From contig CAXXLL010000002.1 of the NCBI GenBank assembly GCA_963662545.2, forward strand, positions 1,376,001 to 1,440,000: a DNA stretch of 64,000 nucleotides, read 5' to 3'. The DNA is from Gammaproteobacteria bacterium (GTDB lineage Bacteria; Pseudomonadota; Gammaproteobacteria; Ga0077536). Below, piece by piece: positions 1 through 9,438 of this stretch. Made by a program: the position numbers and the translations under genes. The notes beneath the pieces were generated by a model. The model did no database searches. It was not told the origin of the DNA and saw nothing but the letters and a program-made list of their open reading frames with translations. Every line of letters begins with the position of its first letter. Positions within the stretch are counted from its first letter, which is position 1.

Positions 1-250
1 CCGCCATTCTCGGCGGAATATCCGGGTCGAGTTCGCGTACTGGCCGGGCAGCGTAATCCGGACGTTCGAGCACCCCGCCCGGAAAGACGTAGACGCCGGG
101 TTTGAACCGCGCCTTGCTACCGCGGCGTCCCATCAGTACTTCGTGATGGGTGCGGCGTTTGCGATGGATGACGAGGCTGGCTGCGTCGCGCGGACGGACG
201 GGTGAATTCTTGCGCGGAGTTGATCGCGGGGTATGGCCCCTCTGTTCCAT
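1..250 (-). CDS. NUDIX hydrolase, N-terminal part (runs off the left edge)
   Basis: Manual translation from ATG at 250: MEQRGHTP...VRPRDAASLVIHR...EVLMGRRGSKARFKPGVYVFPGGVLE. The PRDAAS / VLMGRR / YVFPGG pattern is typical of Nudt19-like NUDIX proteins. Not in the ORF track. Confidence 0.75.
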   Translation of the reverse strand, partial: MEQRGHTPRSTPRKNSPVRPRDAASLVIHRKRRTHHEVLMGRRGSKARFKPGVYVFPGGVLERPDYAARPVRELDPDIPPRMA

Positions 251-279
251 ATTTATTCTCCGCAAATGACGGACTGCGT

Positions 280-612
280 TTAGATCCGCGTGGATTCAGA
301 AAAGAGATGGATGACAAGTACGCCGGCGACGATCAGGCCCATGCCGAGGAGAGCGGCGGTATCGGGCAGCTGTCGGTACAGAGGAATTGCTACGAGTGTC
401 ACGAGAATGATTCCAACTGCCGACCAGATCGCGTAGGTCACGCCGACTGCAATTGATTCGAGGACGACCGTCAGCAGGTAGAAGGAGATTCCGTAGCCGA
501 CGACCACGATTGCGCTCGGCCAGAATTGGGTGAAATGCGCGGATGCCTTGAGTGCACTGGTCGCCGCGACTTCGGCGAAGATGGCGAGCATGAGGGCGAC
601 ATAGGGATTCAT
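280..612 (-). CDS. SMR family small multidrug efflux transporter (EmrE/QacE-like)
   Basis: 110 aa with four hydrophobic helices; AIFAEVAATSALK carries the conserved Glu14; GVTYAIWSAVG motif. Confidence 0.93.
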   Translation of the reverse strand: MNPYVALMLAIFAEVAATSALKASAHFTQFWPSAIVVVGYGISFYLLTVVLESIAVGVTYAIWSAVGIILVTLVAIPLYRQLPDTAALLGMGLIVAGVLVIHLFSESTRI

Positions 613-694
613 CTGTTAGAAGTCCTTTGATTCGTTGCTTAGCATTTAGTTAATCGTCGCGTGCATAACCGGTGTTTCGCGATGGCGAGGATCC

Positions 695-1729
695 TTACCG
701 CCATTGGATATCCATTGCAGAGCGGTAGGCCCCCGGCGTCATGCCAAACCAGCGTTTGAAGGAACGACCGAAACTCGCCGGGTCCTGGAATCCGAGTTCG
801 TGCGCGACATCGTAGACGCGGTAATCTTCGTTAGCGAGCAATTCTTTCGCGCGCACCATCTGGATGTCATCAACGATTGCCTGATAGGTCGTGCCGGCTT
901 CGCGCAGATGCCGAATCAGGGTGCGTGGTGAGACGTGCAGGGTCTCAGATATTGCCTTCAGATTCGGGGGTGAGGCCGGCCCGGCGCCCGTTTCGATGAC
1001 GTTGAAAATCTCCCGACGCACACCCGTCAAGGTGTCCTGCTCGCGCGACAGCGAAGAGGTCTGTTCGCAGCGCCTCAATGCGGTGTGCCACGCGCTTTCC
1101 TCGTAACCGGCATTTTTTATCGCCAGCCAGGAATCGGGTACGACGAAGGCATTGCGCGGGGCCTCGAACACCACGGGACATTCGAAATATCGGGTGTAGC
1201 TGTCGAGATATTTCGTCGGCGCGTACCGGAGTTCGACATGGGCGCCGTCGAGATGGCCGCCGCAAATGGTAGTCACGTATTCATGCATGACCAGCACGGG
1301 TATTTCGATCACGATCGCCCGCACCGGTCCGAATTCGATCAGCTCGATAATCTCGCAGTAGTGAAAGCCGTGCTCGACAACACTTTGCCAGTGATGGTAG
1401 GGAACGCGCTTTGGCATGTAGCGCACCAGCGCTTCGAGGCCGTCGCCCAAGGTAGGCGCAGTGACCAGGGCCATCGTCACGGGCCCGTGGAAGTGTTCGG
1501 CCATGCCCTTGGCCCACGACAGGTGCCAATCGGGAGCGTGCGCCATGGCGAGCGCGTTCTTGGTGCAGGTCAGTACGTGCTGGACCGCGATCGGACGCGA
1601 GTAGTTTTCGATTTCGTCCGGCAGCAGCGGTGTACCGGCGGTCAGACGTACGTGGTCGTCGAATGCCCGCGCCATGTATTTCACATAGGTATTGGGCATC
1701 AACAACTGCTCGATCGCGGCCTGGGTCAT
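695..1729 (-). CDS. AraC family transcriptional regulator
   Basis: C-terminal HTH: LHVSPRTLIRHL...VAHELGFQDPASFGRSFKRWFGMTPGAYR. Divergent from the BVMO gene. Confidence 0.9.
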   Translation of the reverse strand: MTQAAIEQLLMPNTYVKYMARAFDDHVRLTAGTPLLPDEIENYSRPIAVQHVLTCTKNALAMAHAPDWHLSWAKGMAEHFHGPVTMALVTAPTLGDGLEALVRYMPKRVPYHHWQSVVEHGFHYCEIIELIEFGPVRAIVIEIPVLVMHEYVTTICGGHLDGAHVELRYAPTKYLDSYTRYFECPVVFEAPRNAFVVPDSWLAIKNAGYEESAWHTALRRCEQTSSLSREQDTLTGVRREIFNVIETGAGPASPPNLKAISETLHVSPRTLIRHLREAGTTYQAIVDDIQMVRAKELLANEDYRVYDVAHELGFQDPASFGRSFKRWFGMTPGAYRSAMDIQWR

Positions 1730-1734
1730 ATCAG

Positions 1735-1990
1735 CAGCCTGTCGGACTTAAGAAGAATCTACTCGGCAATTGCTCCTGCATTGCTCTCTGCTCTGGCTTC
1801 CTGCTTCGCTCTACCTCCCCCGTCCATGGGGTCCTACCTCCTGCATCCATGCAGTCGTACGGCGTTGGGATAGCGGTCTGAGAGGCGCCATGGTTCTCGT
1901 TAAATAGCCCCACTATTCGCCTCAAACCATGACACCTCCGAGCCCGCTCTCCCACCCGCCTCGCTACGATTCCCTAAGTCCGACAGGCTG
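1735..1990. mobile_element. MITE family A, copy 1, carrying a 95-bp internal insert
   Basis: Perfect terminal inverted repeat GCAGCCTGTCGGACTTA / TAAGTCCGACAGGCTGC (1734-1750, 1975-1991). The body aligns with the reverse complement of 49720-49879, apart from an insert at 1764-1858. Confidence 0.85.
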
Positions 1991-2120
1991 CCGCGTTGGC
2001 ATCAAAAGTCTTGGTCTGTCACTAAATGTCTATAACAATGGCACTGGCGACGCTTCCGTGTCAACGGCGTCGGCATTATCGTGCCATCATCGAGAGTGGT
2101 TGACGGGAGAGATCATCGCC

Positions 2121-3656
2121 ATGAATGCTGAAGTTCAAATCCAACCCGGGCTGCCGCCGGGGATCAAGCGCAATCCCAAGGTCGTAGTCGTCGGTGCCGG
2201 CATGTCGGGGATGCTTGCCGCGATCAAGATGCACGAAGCCGGGATCTCAGACGTCACTATTTACGAGAAAGCCGACAAGGTCGGCGGAACCTGGCGCGAC
2301 AACCGTTATCCGGGCCTTACTTGCGACGTGCCCGCGCACGCCTACACGTATTCCTTCGAACCGAATCCTGAATACAGCCATCGCTACGCGCACGGGCCGG
2401 AGATCTTCGAATACTTCGAACGCGTTGCGAAAAAGTACAACCTCTATTCGAATATCCGGTTCAATTCCGAACTCGTCAAGGCCGAGTTCGTCGACGGTCG
2501 CTGGCAACTCGAGACCAAGGACGGCGAAGCTGTGACGGCCGATATCGTGATCTGCGCGAGCGGTGTTCTGCATCAACCGCAATATCCGAATATCGACGGG
2601 ACCGATTCTTTCGAGGGCGCGATGTTCCATACGGCGCGATGGGACGACAGTGCCGATTTGACCGGCAAAAAGGTCGGCCTGATCGGAACGGGCTCGACCG
2701 CCATCCAGATCTTCCCTCAGGTGCAGAAAATCGCAGGGAAAATGACGATGTTTCAGCGCACGCCGCAGTGGATCTACCCGACGCCCGATCGCGTCTACAC
2801 TGAAAAGCACAAGGAACGCCTGCGCAAGCACCCCTGGCTCGCGAGCTGGTTGCACGGGTTCTATATCAAGGTTTTTTTCGACTGGTTTTTTGCGAAAGCC
2901 GTGATCGGTAGTAAGCCGCTGCTCAAATTCATCTCCTGGGTGTGTCGACGCAACCTGGAAACCAAGGTCAGCGATCCCGAGCTACGCGAGAAACTCAGGC
3001 CGGACTATCAGGCAGCCTGCAAGCGTTTGATCTTCGCCAACGGATTCTACGAAGCGATTCAGGAGCCGAATGCGGCGCTCGTGACCGAAGGCATCGAGCG
3101 CATCGAGCCGAAGGGTATACGTACCACGGACGGGGAGTTGCATGAACTGGACGTGATTGTTCTCGCCACGGGATTCAAGGCGCACAATTTCATGCGTCCG
3201 ATGGACATGATCGGAGAAAACGGTCTGACGATCGACGATGCCTGGGAGAAGGGCGCACAGGCCCATCGCTCGGTTGCCATGCCGGGCTTTCCGAATTTCT
3301 TCATGCTCGTCGGGCCCAATAGCCCGATCGGTAACTTTTCACTGATCTTAATCAGCGAATTGCAAATGAAATACATCATGCAGTTGGTTGATTTGTGGCG
3401 ACAGGAAAAGGCGGATGTAATCGCGCCGCGCCGGGAAGCCACGGCGCAATACAACGAGGCGATAAAGAACTCCATGTCGGGCACCGTATGGGTAACAGGC
3501 TGCCAGAGCTGGTACATCGACAAATTCGGCAATCCGGCTATGTATCCGTGGTCGCTGCATAAATTCCGCAGGGAAATGGATCATCCTCAACTGGCTGAAT
3601 TCGATATCCGGGCGCCCGAAGCGATCCCCGGCGGATCGGAGAAAGTCGCCGCCTGA
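2121..3656 (+). CDS. Baeyer-Villiger / flavin-containing monooxygenase
   Basis: GAGMSG and GTGSTA Rossmann motifs, GGTWRDNRYPG, and the BVMO fingerprint FEGAMFHTARW. Start moved to ATG 2121 (GGAG upstream) because the longer ORF begins inside the MITE. Confidence 0.92.
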   Translation: MNAEVQIQPGLPPGIKRNPKVVVVGAGMSGMLAAIKMHEAGISDVTIYEKADKVGGTWRDNRYPGLTCDVPAHAYTYSFEPNPEYSHRYAHGPEIFEYFERVAKKYNLYSNIRFNSELVKAEFVDGRWQLETKDGEAVTADIVICASGVLHQPQYPNIDGTDSFEGAMFHTARWDDSADLTGKKVGLIGTGSTAIQIFPQVQKIAGKMTMFQRTPQWIYPTPDRVYTEKHKERLRKHPWLASWLHGFYIKVFFDWFFAKAVIGSKPLLKFISWVCRRNLETKVSDPELREKLRPDYQAACKRLIFANGFYEAIQEPNAALVTEGIERIEPKGIRTTDGELHELDVIVLATGFKAHNFMRPMDMIGENGLTIDDAWEKGAQAHRSVAMPGFPNFFMLVGPNSPIGNFSLILISELQMKYIMQLVDLWRQEKADVIAPRREATAQYNEAIKNSMSGTVWVTGCQSWYIDKFGNPAMYPWSLHKFRREMDHPQLAEFDIRAPEAIPGGSEKVAA

Positions 3657-3688
3657 GCGACTCCGCGAGGCTGAATGATCTGATATGT

Positions 3689-3713
3689 CGGGCCCTTGCG
3701 GGCCCGTTTTTTT
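3689..3713 (+). terminator. Rho-independent terminator
   Basis: CGGGCCC-TTGC-GGGCCCG followed by a T-run, just after the BVMO stop codon. Confidence 0.8.
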
Positions 3714-3792
3714 TGCAGCGGGCGTATACCACGCTAAACTTAATAAAATGAGCCGCTGGATATTCTCAACAAAGCGCCTGAATCGCGGGCAC

Positions 3793-4296
3793 ATGCGGTG
3801 GGCCGGTTACATCGTTGCCGTGACACTCTTTTTCGTTGCGAGAGCCGAAGCAATCACCGTTCATACCTGGATCGACGACGAAGGGGTGCGTCATTATGCG
3901 GATGCGCCACCCACTGCCACGGTCGCCGATCGCGAGCAATTCGTCATCAATGAGGTGCCCGCCGACGGCGTGGATGCCAAGGACGATTACTACTCGATCG
4001 TGAACCAGTGGCAGCGTATGCGTGAAGAGCGCCGGGAAAGCGACGCCCTGCGCCTCGAACACGAGCGGCTCAAGTTCGAGTCACGTGCCTTGGCGGATAC
4101 GTGGACAGACGAACCGCCGGCATACCATCGCAGCTATGGGATTTACCCCTATGGCTTTCCCTACGCACCGGACCGGAACTTCCAACATCCAGGCCCGCAT
4201 GGTTTGCACGCGCCGCAGCGGGAACGAACGCCGGGCTTTACCGCGAAGCGGCGCAACGCGTTCGTTCACGCCACTCCGCCCGCCTGGCATCGCTAG
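3793..4296 (+). CDS. DUF4124-like exported protein
   Basis: Signal peptide followed by VHTWIDDEGVRHYADAPP, then a coiled-coil and a Y/P-rich tail. Confidence 0.75.
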   Translation: MRWAGYIVAVTLFFVARAEAITVHTWIDDEGVRHYADAPPTATVADREQFVINEVPADGVDAKDDYYSIVNQWQRMREERRESDALRLEHERLKFESRALADTWTDEPPAYHRSYGIYPYGFPYAPDRNFQHPGPHGLHAPQRERTPGFTAKRRNAFVHATPPAWHR

Positions 4297-4309
4297 ACGC
4301 TAGCGCCCG

Positions 4310-4744
4310 TCACAAGGATTTAGACATGCAGGTCGCACTGCTGGGGCACAGGTGGGCAAACTCTGGCGTCGCGGCGATCAATGCGGGTACCCGCATGCGG
4401 TCGGCGGGGGCGTAGTCGTAACGCGCAAAAAAGGTCGCCGCAGTCTGGGTTAGCAGGTAGAGCGTGCCGATCCCTACGGCGCCCGCCTGCTTTTCGGCAT
4501 GAGCCAACAGCCGGGAGCCGATACCGGCGCCGCGCTCGTCTGCGGTCACCGCGAGAGAACGCAGCACACCATATTCCCCATGGACTTCGATCGCCACGAC
4601 GCCGCGTATGGCCTCAGGCGTGCCTGCGGCGAAGAAGCGCGCGGCTGAATCTGGCGTGATGTCGGCGGTGGGCAGTCCGTTGGCCGTAAGAAGGGCCAAC
4701 ACGCCTTCGCGGGGCGGGTCGTCGAAAATCCAGAGCGTGTTCAC
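4310..4744 (-). CDS. GNAT N-acetyltransferase, ArsN2-like
   Basis: LLTANGLPTADI, GVLRSLAV...RGAGIGSRLL, LYLLTQTAATFF, EFAHLCPSSATCM. GTG start at 4744 with GGAG upstream. Confidence 0.8.
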   Translation of the reverse strand: MNTLWIFDDPPREGVLALLTANGLPTADITPDSAARFFAAGTPEAIRGVVAIEVHGEYGVLRSLAVTADERGAGIGSRLLAHAEKQAGAVGIGTLYLLTQTAATFFARYDYAPADRMRVPALIAATPEFAHLCPSSATCMSKSL

Positions 4745-4760
4745 GCGTGTCTCTCCAAGA

Positions 4761-5414
4761 TCACAGTCCGCGCCGGCCGAGCGCCGCCGCCTCCGGATGA
4801 ACACTGGCCACCGCGCTCGCACGCGTATGCACGTGTGAGAACCACGCGTTGATGTTGATGAGCCCGGTGTCCATTTCTTGTCCAGCGCCTTCGCCGAAAT
4901 CGAGCGCACAGTAGAGGATGATGTCCGTCAGTGTGAAACGATCGCCGCAGATAAAGGTTTTGCGGTTCATCAGGCGGTCCAGCCAGGCGAGCTCGAGTTG
5001 AACCCGTTGTTTCAGCCCGTCGGCCGCTTCCGGAATACAGGGTATGCGGTCCTTGAACACCTCGAGACCGAGCGAGTAGCGGTAGCCGTTATAGAGGTGC
5101 TCGGTAATATTCAATTCAATGCGGCGTTGCCACATCCGGTGCTCGGCCTTCTCCTGCGGCGTGGTGCCGATTAGGGGCGGCTCGGGATTCAAGTCTTCGA
5201 GGTATTCGCAGATGGCGACGGTCTCGGCGAGCCAGGTGCCGTCGTCGAGTTCGAGCGCGGGCACTTGTCCAGCGGGATTATTGTCTCTGTAGGGTGGTTT
5301 GCGGTTTTCGGCGCCGAAGATATCGATTTCCTCGAACGGAACATCGATGCCTTTCTCCGCCATGAACATTCTGACGACGCGCGGATTAGGGCCCAATGAA
5401 TTGTAGAATTTCAT
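4761..5414 (-). CDS. Glutathione S-transferase family protein
   Basis: MKFYNSLGPNPRVVRMF, NPAGQVPALELDDG..LAETVAICEYLE, FICGDRFTLTDI. Confidence 0.92.
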   Translation of the reverse strand: MKFYNSLGPNPRVVRMFMAEKGIDVPFEEIDIFGAENRKPPYRDNNPAGQVPALELDDGTWLAETVAICEYLEDLNPEPPLIGTTPQEKAEHRMWQRRIELNITEHLYNGYRYSLGLEVFKDRIPCIPEAADGLKQRVQLELAWLDRLMNRKTFICGDRFTLTDIILYCALDFGEGAGQEMDTGLININAWFSHVHTRASAVASVHPEAAALGRRGL

Positions 5415-5457
5415 ATCCCCGCTACCTGCTTGGTAATTGGATTTCGATTTCAGCCCC

Positions 5458-6462
5458 TCACATCTTTTCTGCAATTTTACGGGCGCCCTCGAAAAATGCG
5501 GGTACGCTCAGGGCGATCTTCTCCCATATTGGATCTCGCCGCTGTCCTTTGCGGTGCAGTTTGACATTGATACACGCAATACACCCGATACGGTATCCGG
5601 CTAATGCCTGGTACCACGGAATAGCGTCGAATTCGCGACCCATTTCGCTTTCGTAAATCTGGCGGATCTTCGCTGGTTCCATGGGATGAATCGGGCGCCA
5701 TTTCTCGGTCCAGTAAGCTTGATCGGCGGACATCATCATCCAGCCCACGTCGAGGAGTTGCGCGCCGATGCCGGACAACTCCCAATCGATGATGCCGCTC
5801 ATGATGCCGTCGTGATAGAGCACGTTGCCCGGTTGGTAGTCGCCGTGAAAGAGACCGGTGGGTTCATCGCATGGTAGTGTATCGAGCAGGGCGCGTTCGC
5901 ATGCTTCGGCGGCTTCGATCCAGGCCGGTTCCGGGGCCTGCGCATAAATGCGTTCCCACCGCCGGATCTGCGATTCCAATGTTTCGGGGGTCTCCCAGTC
6001 GGGCAGATGATCGCGCCAGTCAAACCGGTGCACCTTCGGCAGCGCGCGCGCGCATTGCTCCCACAAGGAATGCGACTCGGATTTGCTGCGGTTGAAGATC
6101 GCGGGCGGATCCCACAAGAAAAAGACACGCCCCGGGAGGCGCTCCATGACGATAAACGGCACGTCGAACCAATCGTTTTCGTCGAAGGCCCACGGCACCC
6201 GAGGTACCGGCACGCCGTCGGCGTGCAAGGCGCGCAACAGCGGTGCCTGGCGATAGACGTCGGTGTTGCCTTTGCGTTTGACACCCTTCGGCGGTAGCTT
6301 GATGACGAACCCTTTCGTCAGACCGCTGCTCTCGACAATATCAAAAAGAAAGGTCAGGCCAGCGTGACCGTCCGATTCCGCGAGTGACTCCAGCTTCGAG
6401 GACGAGCCGACTTCGTCGGCGATGAAACGCTTGAGTCCTGCGCGCAGTTCTTCGATATCCAT
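5458..6462 (-). CDS. APH / ACAD10-like phosphotransferase family protein
   Basis: PFIVMERLPG, LFHGDYQPGNVL, GIIDWELSGIG. Start set at ATG 6462. Confidence 0.85.
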   Translation of the reverse strand: MDIEELRAGLKRFIADEVGSSSKLESLAESDGHAGLTFLFDIVESSGLTKGFVIKLPPKGVKRKGNTDVYRQAPLLRALHADGVPVPRVPWAFDENDWFDVPFIVMERLPGRVFFLWDPPAIFNRSKSESHSLWEQCARALPKVHRFDWRDHLPDWETPETLESQIRRWERIYAQAPEPAWIEAAEACERALLDTLPCDEPTGLFHGDYQPGNVLYHDGIMSGIIDWELSGIGAQLLDVGWMMMSADQAYWTEKWRPIHPMEPAKIRQIYESEMGREFDAIPWYQALAGYRIGCIACINVKLHRKGQRRDPIWEKIALSVPAFFEGARKIAEKM

Positions 6463-6695
6463 ATTTACGAATCGCCCCGAATCGTTCAAATATTTTCGCC
6501 CAGGCCCACGAGATAGACTTTGTGTATTTTGGCTACTGCGGCCGGAGTCGCCTTTCGTAAGGCGCTGATGATAACGGTACGCCAAAGGGTGGGCGAGAGT
6601 TGGGAGGAACACCGATCCAAACAGGAAAACGTCTTATCATGCGGAACACCACTATCCGTGAGGGGGCTTAATCCTGAAACCTTTGGAAAGACGCC

Positions 6696-7379
6696 ATGAG
6701 CACTAAAGCAGTCGTTACGCTACTGACCATTTTTATCGCCGGCGTGGCATTCAATACGACGAACGCAGAAATAAGGGCGGTGGGACAGGTGGCCGTGATG
6801 AAGGGATCTGCGGCGCGTTATACGCCCGATGGATCGGCGCAGGCCCTCGGTCGCGGCGACCGGGTCTACGAGCAGGATCGGATTGAAACCGGTGAGCGGT
6901 CGCTGATAAGTATTCGCTTCGACGACAACACGCGCTTTAATTTGGGACCGAAATCGATTTTTAAAGTGAACAAGGTAGTTTCCGGCGATGACGGGATCTT
7001 CGATACGGAGGTCATCAAGGGTGCTTTTCGATTCGTCACGGGGCTGATCGCCAAGCGGCGGCCGCGTGCAATGCGGGTCAAGACCGGCGTGGTCGCAACG
7101 ATCGGGATCCGTGGCACGACCGTGGGCGGGGAAGTCGAAGGAGACTCAGCCGTCGTCGTCCTGCTCGAATCCAAGGAGACCGATGGCCCCTCGGCGATCG
7201 AAGTCGGTAATGTGCATGGCAAGGTTGTGATCACCAAGCCCGGCTACGGCACGCGGATTCCTGACGCCAACAGCCCGCCGAGCCCGCCCCAGCGCATGCG
7301 CTTGCGGGCGATCGAGAATCTCGTCAGAAATATCACTAATATTCAACGGATTGCAGTGCCGAGACCGAGAATTCGGTAA
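6696..7379 (+). CDS. Exported FecR-domain protein
   Basis: Signal peptide; GDRVYEQDRIETG..SLISIRFDDNTRFNLGPKS, KGAFRFVTG, ATIGIRGT. Confidence 0.85.
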   Translation: MSTKAVVTLLTIFIAGVAFNTTNAEIRAVGQVAVMKGSAARYTPDGSAQALGRGDRVYEQDRIETGERSLISIRFDDNTRFNLGPKSIFKVNKVVSGDDGIFDTEVIKGAFRFVTGLIAKRRPRAMRVKTGVVATIGIRGTTVGGEVEGDSAVVVLLESKETDGPSAIEVGNVHGKVVITKPGYGTRIPDANSPPSPPQRMRLRAIENLVRNITNIQRIAVPRPRIR

Positions 7380-7634
7380 TTGACGTCCAGGCGTTCAAGC
7401 GGGGCATACGCGGCATAGTACTTTATAATTTACATTAATAGACTGGTAAAATACCTTATTTTTCAGTAATCTGTGTTAAGTATTTAGAAGATTTCGCATG
7501 GATCGAATACGCAGGTGTTCGATCCGTGGAGCACAACGAGAACTGAGTTTTCGTTGCGGCCCGGCGGAAAACATCAGCAAAATCATGGTTCAGAAACCTT
7601 TGATTCAAGCCTCCAAATTGCGATGGGAAAATTC

Positions 7635-8750
7635 ATGACCTCATATCGAAGCGTTATTCGGATCGCTGTCATCTTTGCCGTTTCGCTTGCCGGCCAGTGG
7701 GCCTGGGCGACGGAGCCGCAGTGCAGCCGGCAGGAATTTCAGAATTGCCTGAATGGCGTAGGGACTTCGGTTACCAATGGTGGCGGTTTGCGGGTCGCCG
7801 GCGCGGAACACGACGACGTGGCGCGGGAGCGCAGCGGGCGCTCGGCGGAGAAGGGCACGGCCTCGCTGTTTTCATCTTCGCGAACCTTGGCCGCGGGTGA
7901 CGACGTCGCCGGCGGAGTATTCGCTCTATGGGGCAGTTATTCCTTTTCGGATTTCGACAGCGATTTTGCGTTTCAGGGCACCTCCCTCGCTTTCGACGCC
8001 GATGCGCACAATGTCCTCGCAGGATTCGACCGACTGTTCGCTGATCGGTTTCTGCTGGGACTGGCCTTCGGATACCAGTGGGTCGATGCCGAAACGGACT
8101 TCAATGGCGGCGGACAGGAGAACGACGGGTTTATCGTTGCCCCGTATGCGGCAGTGCTGCTGAACGATACCTTTAGCGTCGACGTCATGGGTGGTTATTC
8201 GCCGCTCGAATACGATCAGGATCGTATTTCACGTGCGGACGCCACCGATATCAGCGCGCGCTTCGATGCCGATCGCTGGTTCGTCGCCGCCAATGTAAAC
8301 GCCTTCATGTCGCTGGGAAACTGGGTGTTGTCGGCCAAGATCGGTTACCTCCATACCGAAGAGAAGCAGGATGCGTATACGGAAACGGGCAGCGCTTTGA
8401 GCGCGGCCGGTGTCGGCGGTGCATCGCTTCGCTCGGTCGCTAAACGCAATGTCGATCTCACCCAGATCATCGCCGGCGCTGAAGTCGGTTATAGCTTTGG
8501 CGCATTCGAGCCTTATGCCATGGTGGCGTTCCACGAGGAGCTCGATCGTGACGACGACGAAAGTGCGGGCGGACTCCCGGGGAATTTCACCAGCGTGCAG
8601 CCGGACGATGATGACGAGGTTCAGTTCGGCGGGGGGATCCGGTATTACACGGAATGGGGGCTGTCGACCACGCTCGAATATTCACGTGTCGAGGGCCGTA
8701 AGAACTTCGACAGCCAGACCGTGATGTTCATCTTGAGAGCCTCTCTCTAA
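7635..8750 (+). CDS. Autotransporter-type outer-membrane beta-barrel protein with a very short passenger
   Basis: Signal peptide ending WAWA, about 60 aa of N-terminal region, then amphipathic strands (LWGSYSF, LAGFDRLF, LLGLAFGY, APYAAV, FEPY). Confidence 0.8.
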   Translation: MTSYRSVIRIAVIFAVSLAGQWAWATEPQCSRQEFQNCLNGVGTSVTNGGGLRVAGAEHDDVARERSGRSAEKGTASLFSSSRTLAAGDDVAGGVFALWGSYSFSDFDSDFAFQGTSLAFDADAHNVLAGFDRLFADRFLLGLAFGYQWVDAETDFNGGGQENDGFIVAPYAAVLLNDTFSVDVMGGYSPLEYDQDRISRADATDISARFDADRWFVAANVNAFMSLGNWVLSAKIGYLHTEEKQDAYTETGSALSAAGVGGASLRSVAKRNVDLTQIIAGAEVGYSFGAFEPYAMVAFHEELDRDDDESAGGLPGNFTSVQPDDDDEVQFGGGIRYYTEWGLSTTLEYSRVEGRKNFDSQTVMFILRASL

Positions 8751-8794
8751 AGAAACGATGCGCGGCCGGCCTTAGACGCGCGCATCGCGGTCAC

Positions 8795-9340
8795 TTACTG
8801 TGCGGGCGGTGGCGCCGGATACCATTCTTCGGGTTCGGGCATGTCGGCGCCTTCGGGAATGATGAATAGCTCGAAGGTCGTGGTGGTCGCCTCCTCAGTT
8901 TCGAAATAGGCATAGGGAACGAGATCCTTCCAGAGCCCGGACTGGACCTTCTTGAAGCCGCGCTGCTCGAATTCCTCGACCCGCTCCTGCCATGACATGT
9001 CGCCGCAATGAAAGGCGGTGTGGTGTATGCCTTCTCCATGTTTATCGAGAAACTCGGTGTAAATACTCGGGCCTTTGATGGGCTCGATGATCTCCCACAT
9101 CATCGAGCCGTTGAAAGCGAGACAGAGCTTCATCGAATATTCGCCGGGCCCGCCGCGGTAGGTCATCTCACTGACGGTCGTATCATCGAAGGTATAAACG
9201 GCCCACGGCCCGATCCCGAGTCTGATCATGCCGTCCATGGTTCGGTAAATGTCGCGTGTGACAATGCATATCTGCATCGTATCCGTCAAGAAACTGTTAC
9301 TGAGCGTAATGTCACCGGTGGGCGTGGGCTGATTGGTCAT
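8795..9340 (-). CDS. VOC / glyoxalase family protein (methylmalonyl-CoA epimerase-like)
   Basis: QICIVTRD, LGIGPW, WEIIEPIKGPSIYTEFLDKHGEGIHHTAF. Confidence 0.85.
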   Translation of the reverse strand: MTNQPTPTGDITLSNSFLTDTMQICIVTRDIYRTMDGMIRLGIGPWAVYTFDDTTVSEMTYRGGPGEYSMKLCLAFNGSMMWEIIEPIKGPSIYTEFLDKHGEGIHHTAFHCGDMSWQERVEEFEQRGFKKVQSGLWKDLVPYAYFETEEATTTTFELFIIPEGADMPEPEEWYPAPPPAQ

Positions 9341-9438
9341 ATCGATATTCCTATTTTTCTTTTGCCGGGCAGTTCGCGATCGACGAGAATGCCGACCCCA
9401 GCAGCAAGGCTGCGGTTCGCGTCTAAGAGGATACCTAA

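Noticed and set aside
1810-1856. CRISPR-like tandem 23-bp repeats
   Set aside because: Only two adjacent units, no spacers and no cas genes; they are part of the MITE insert.
1929-2120. N-terminal extension of the monooxygenase ORF (likewise 50772-50804 for the hydrolase and 26738-26854 for TetR)
   Set aside because: These extensions run through MITE or operator DNA. Downstream ATGs fit the family N-termini better.
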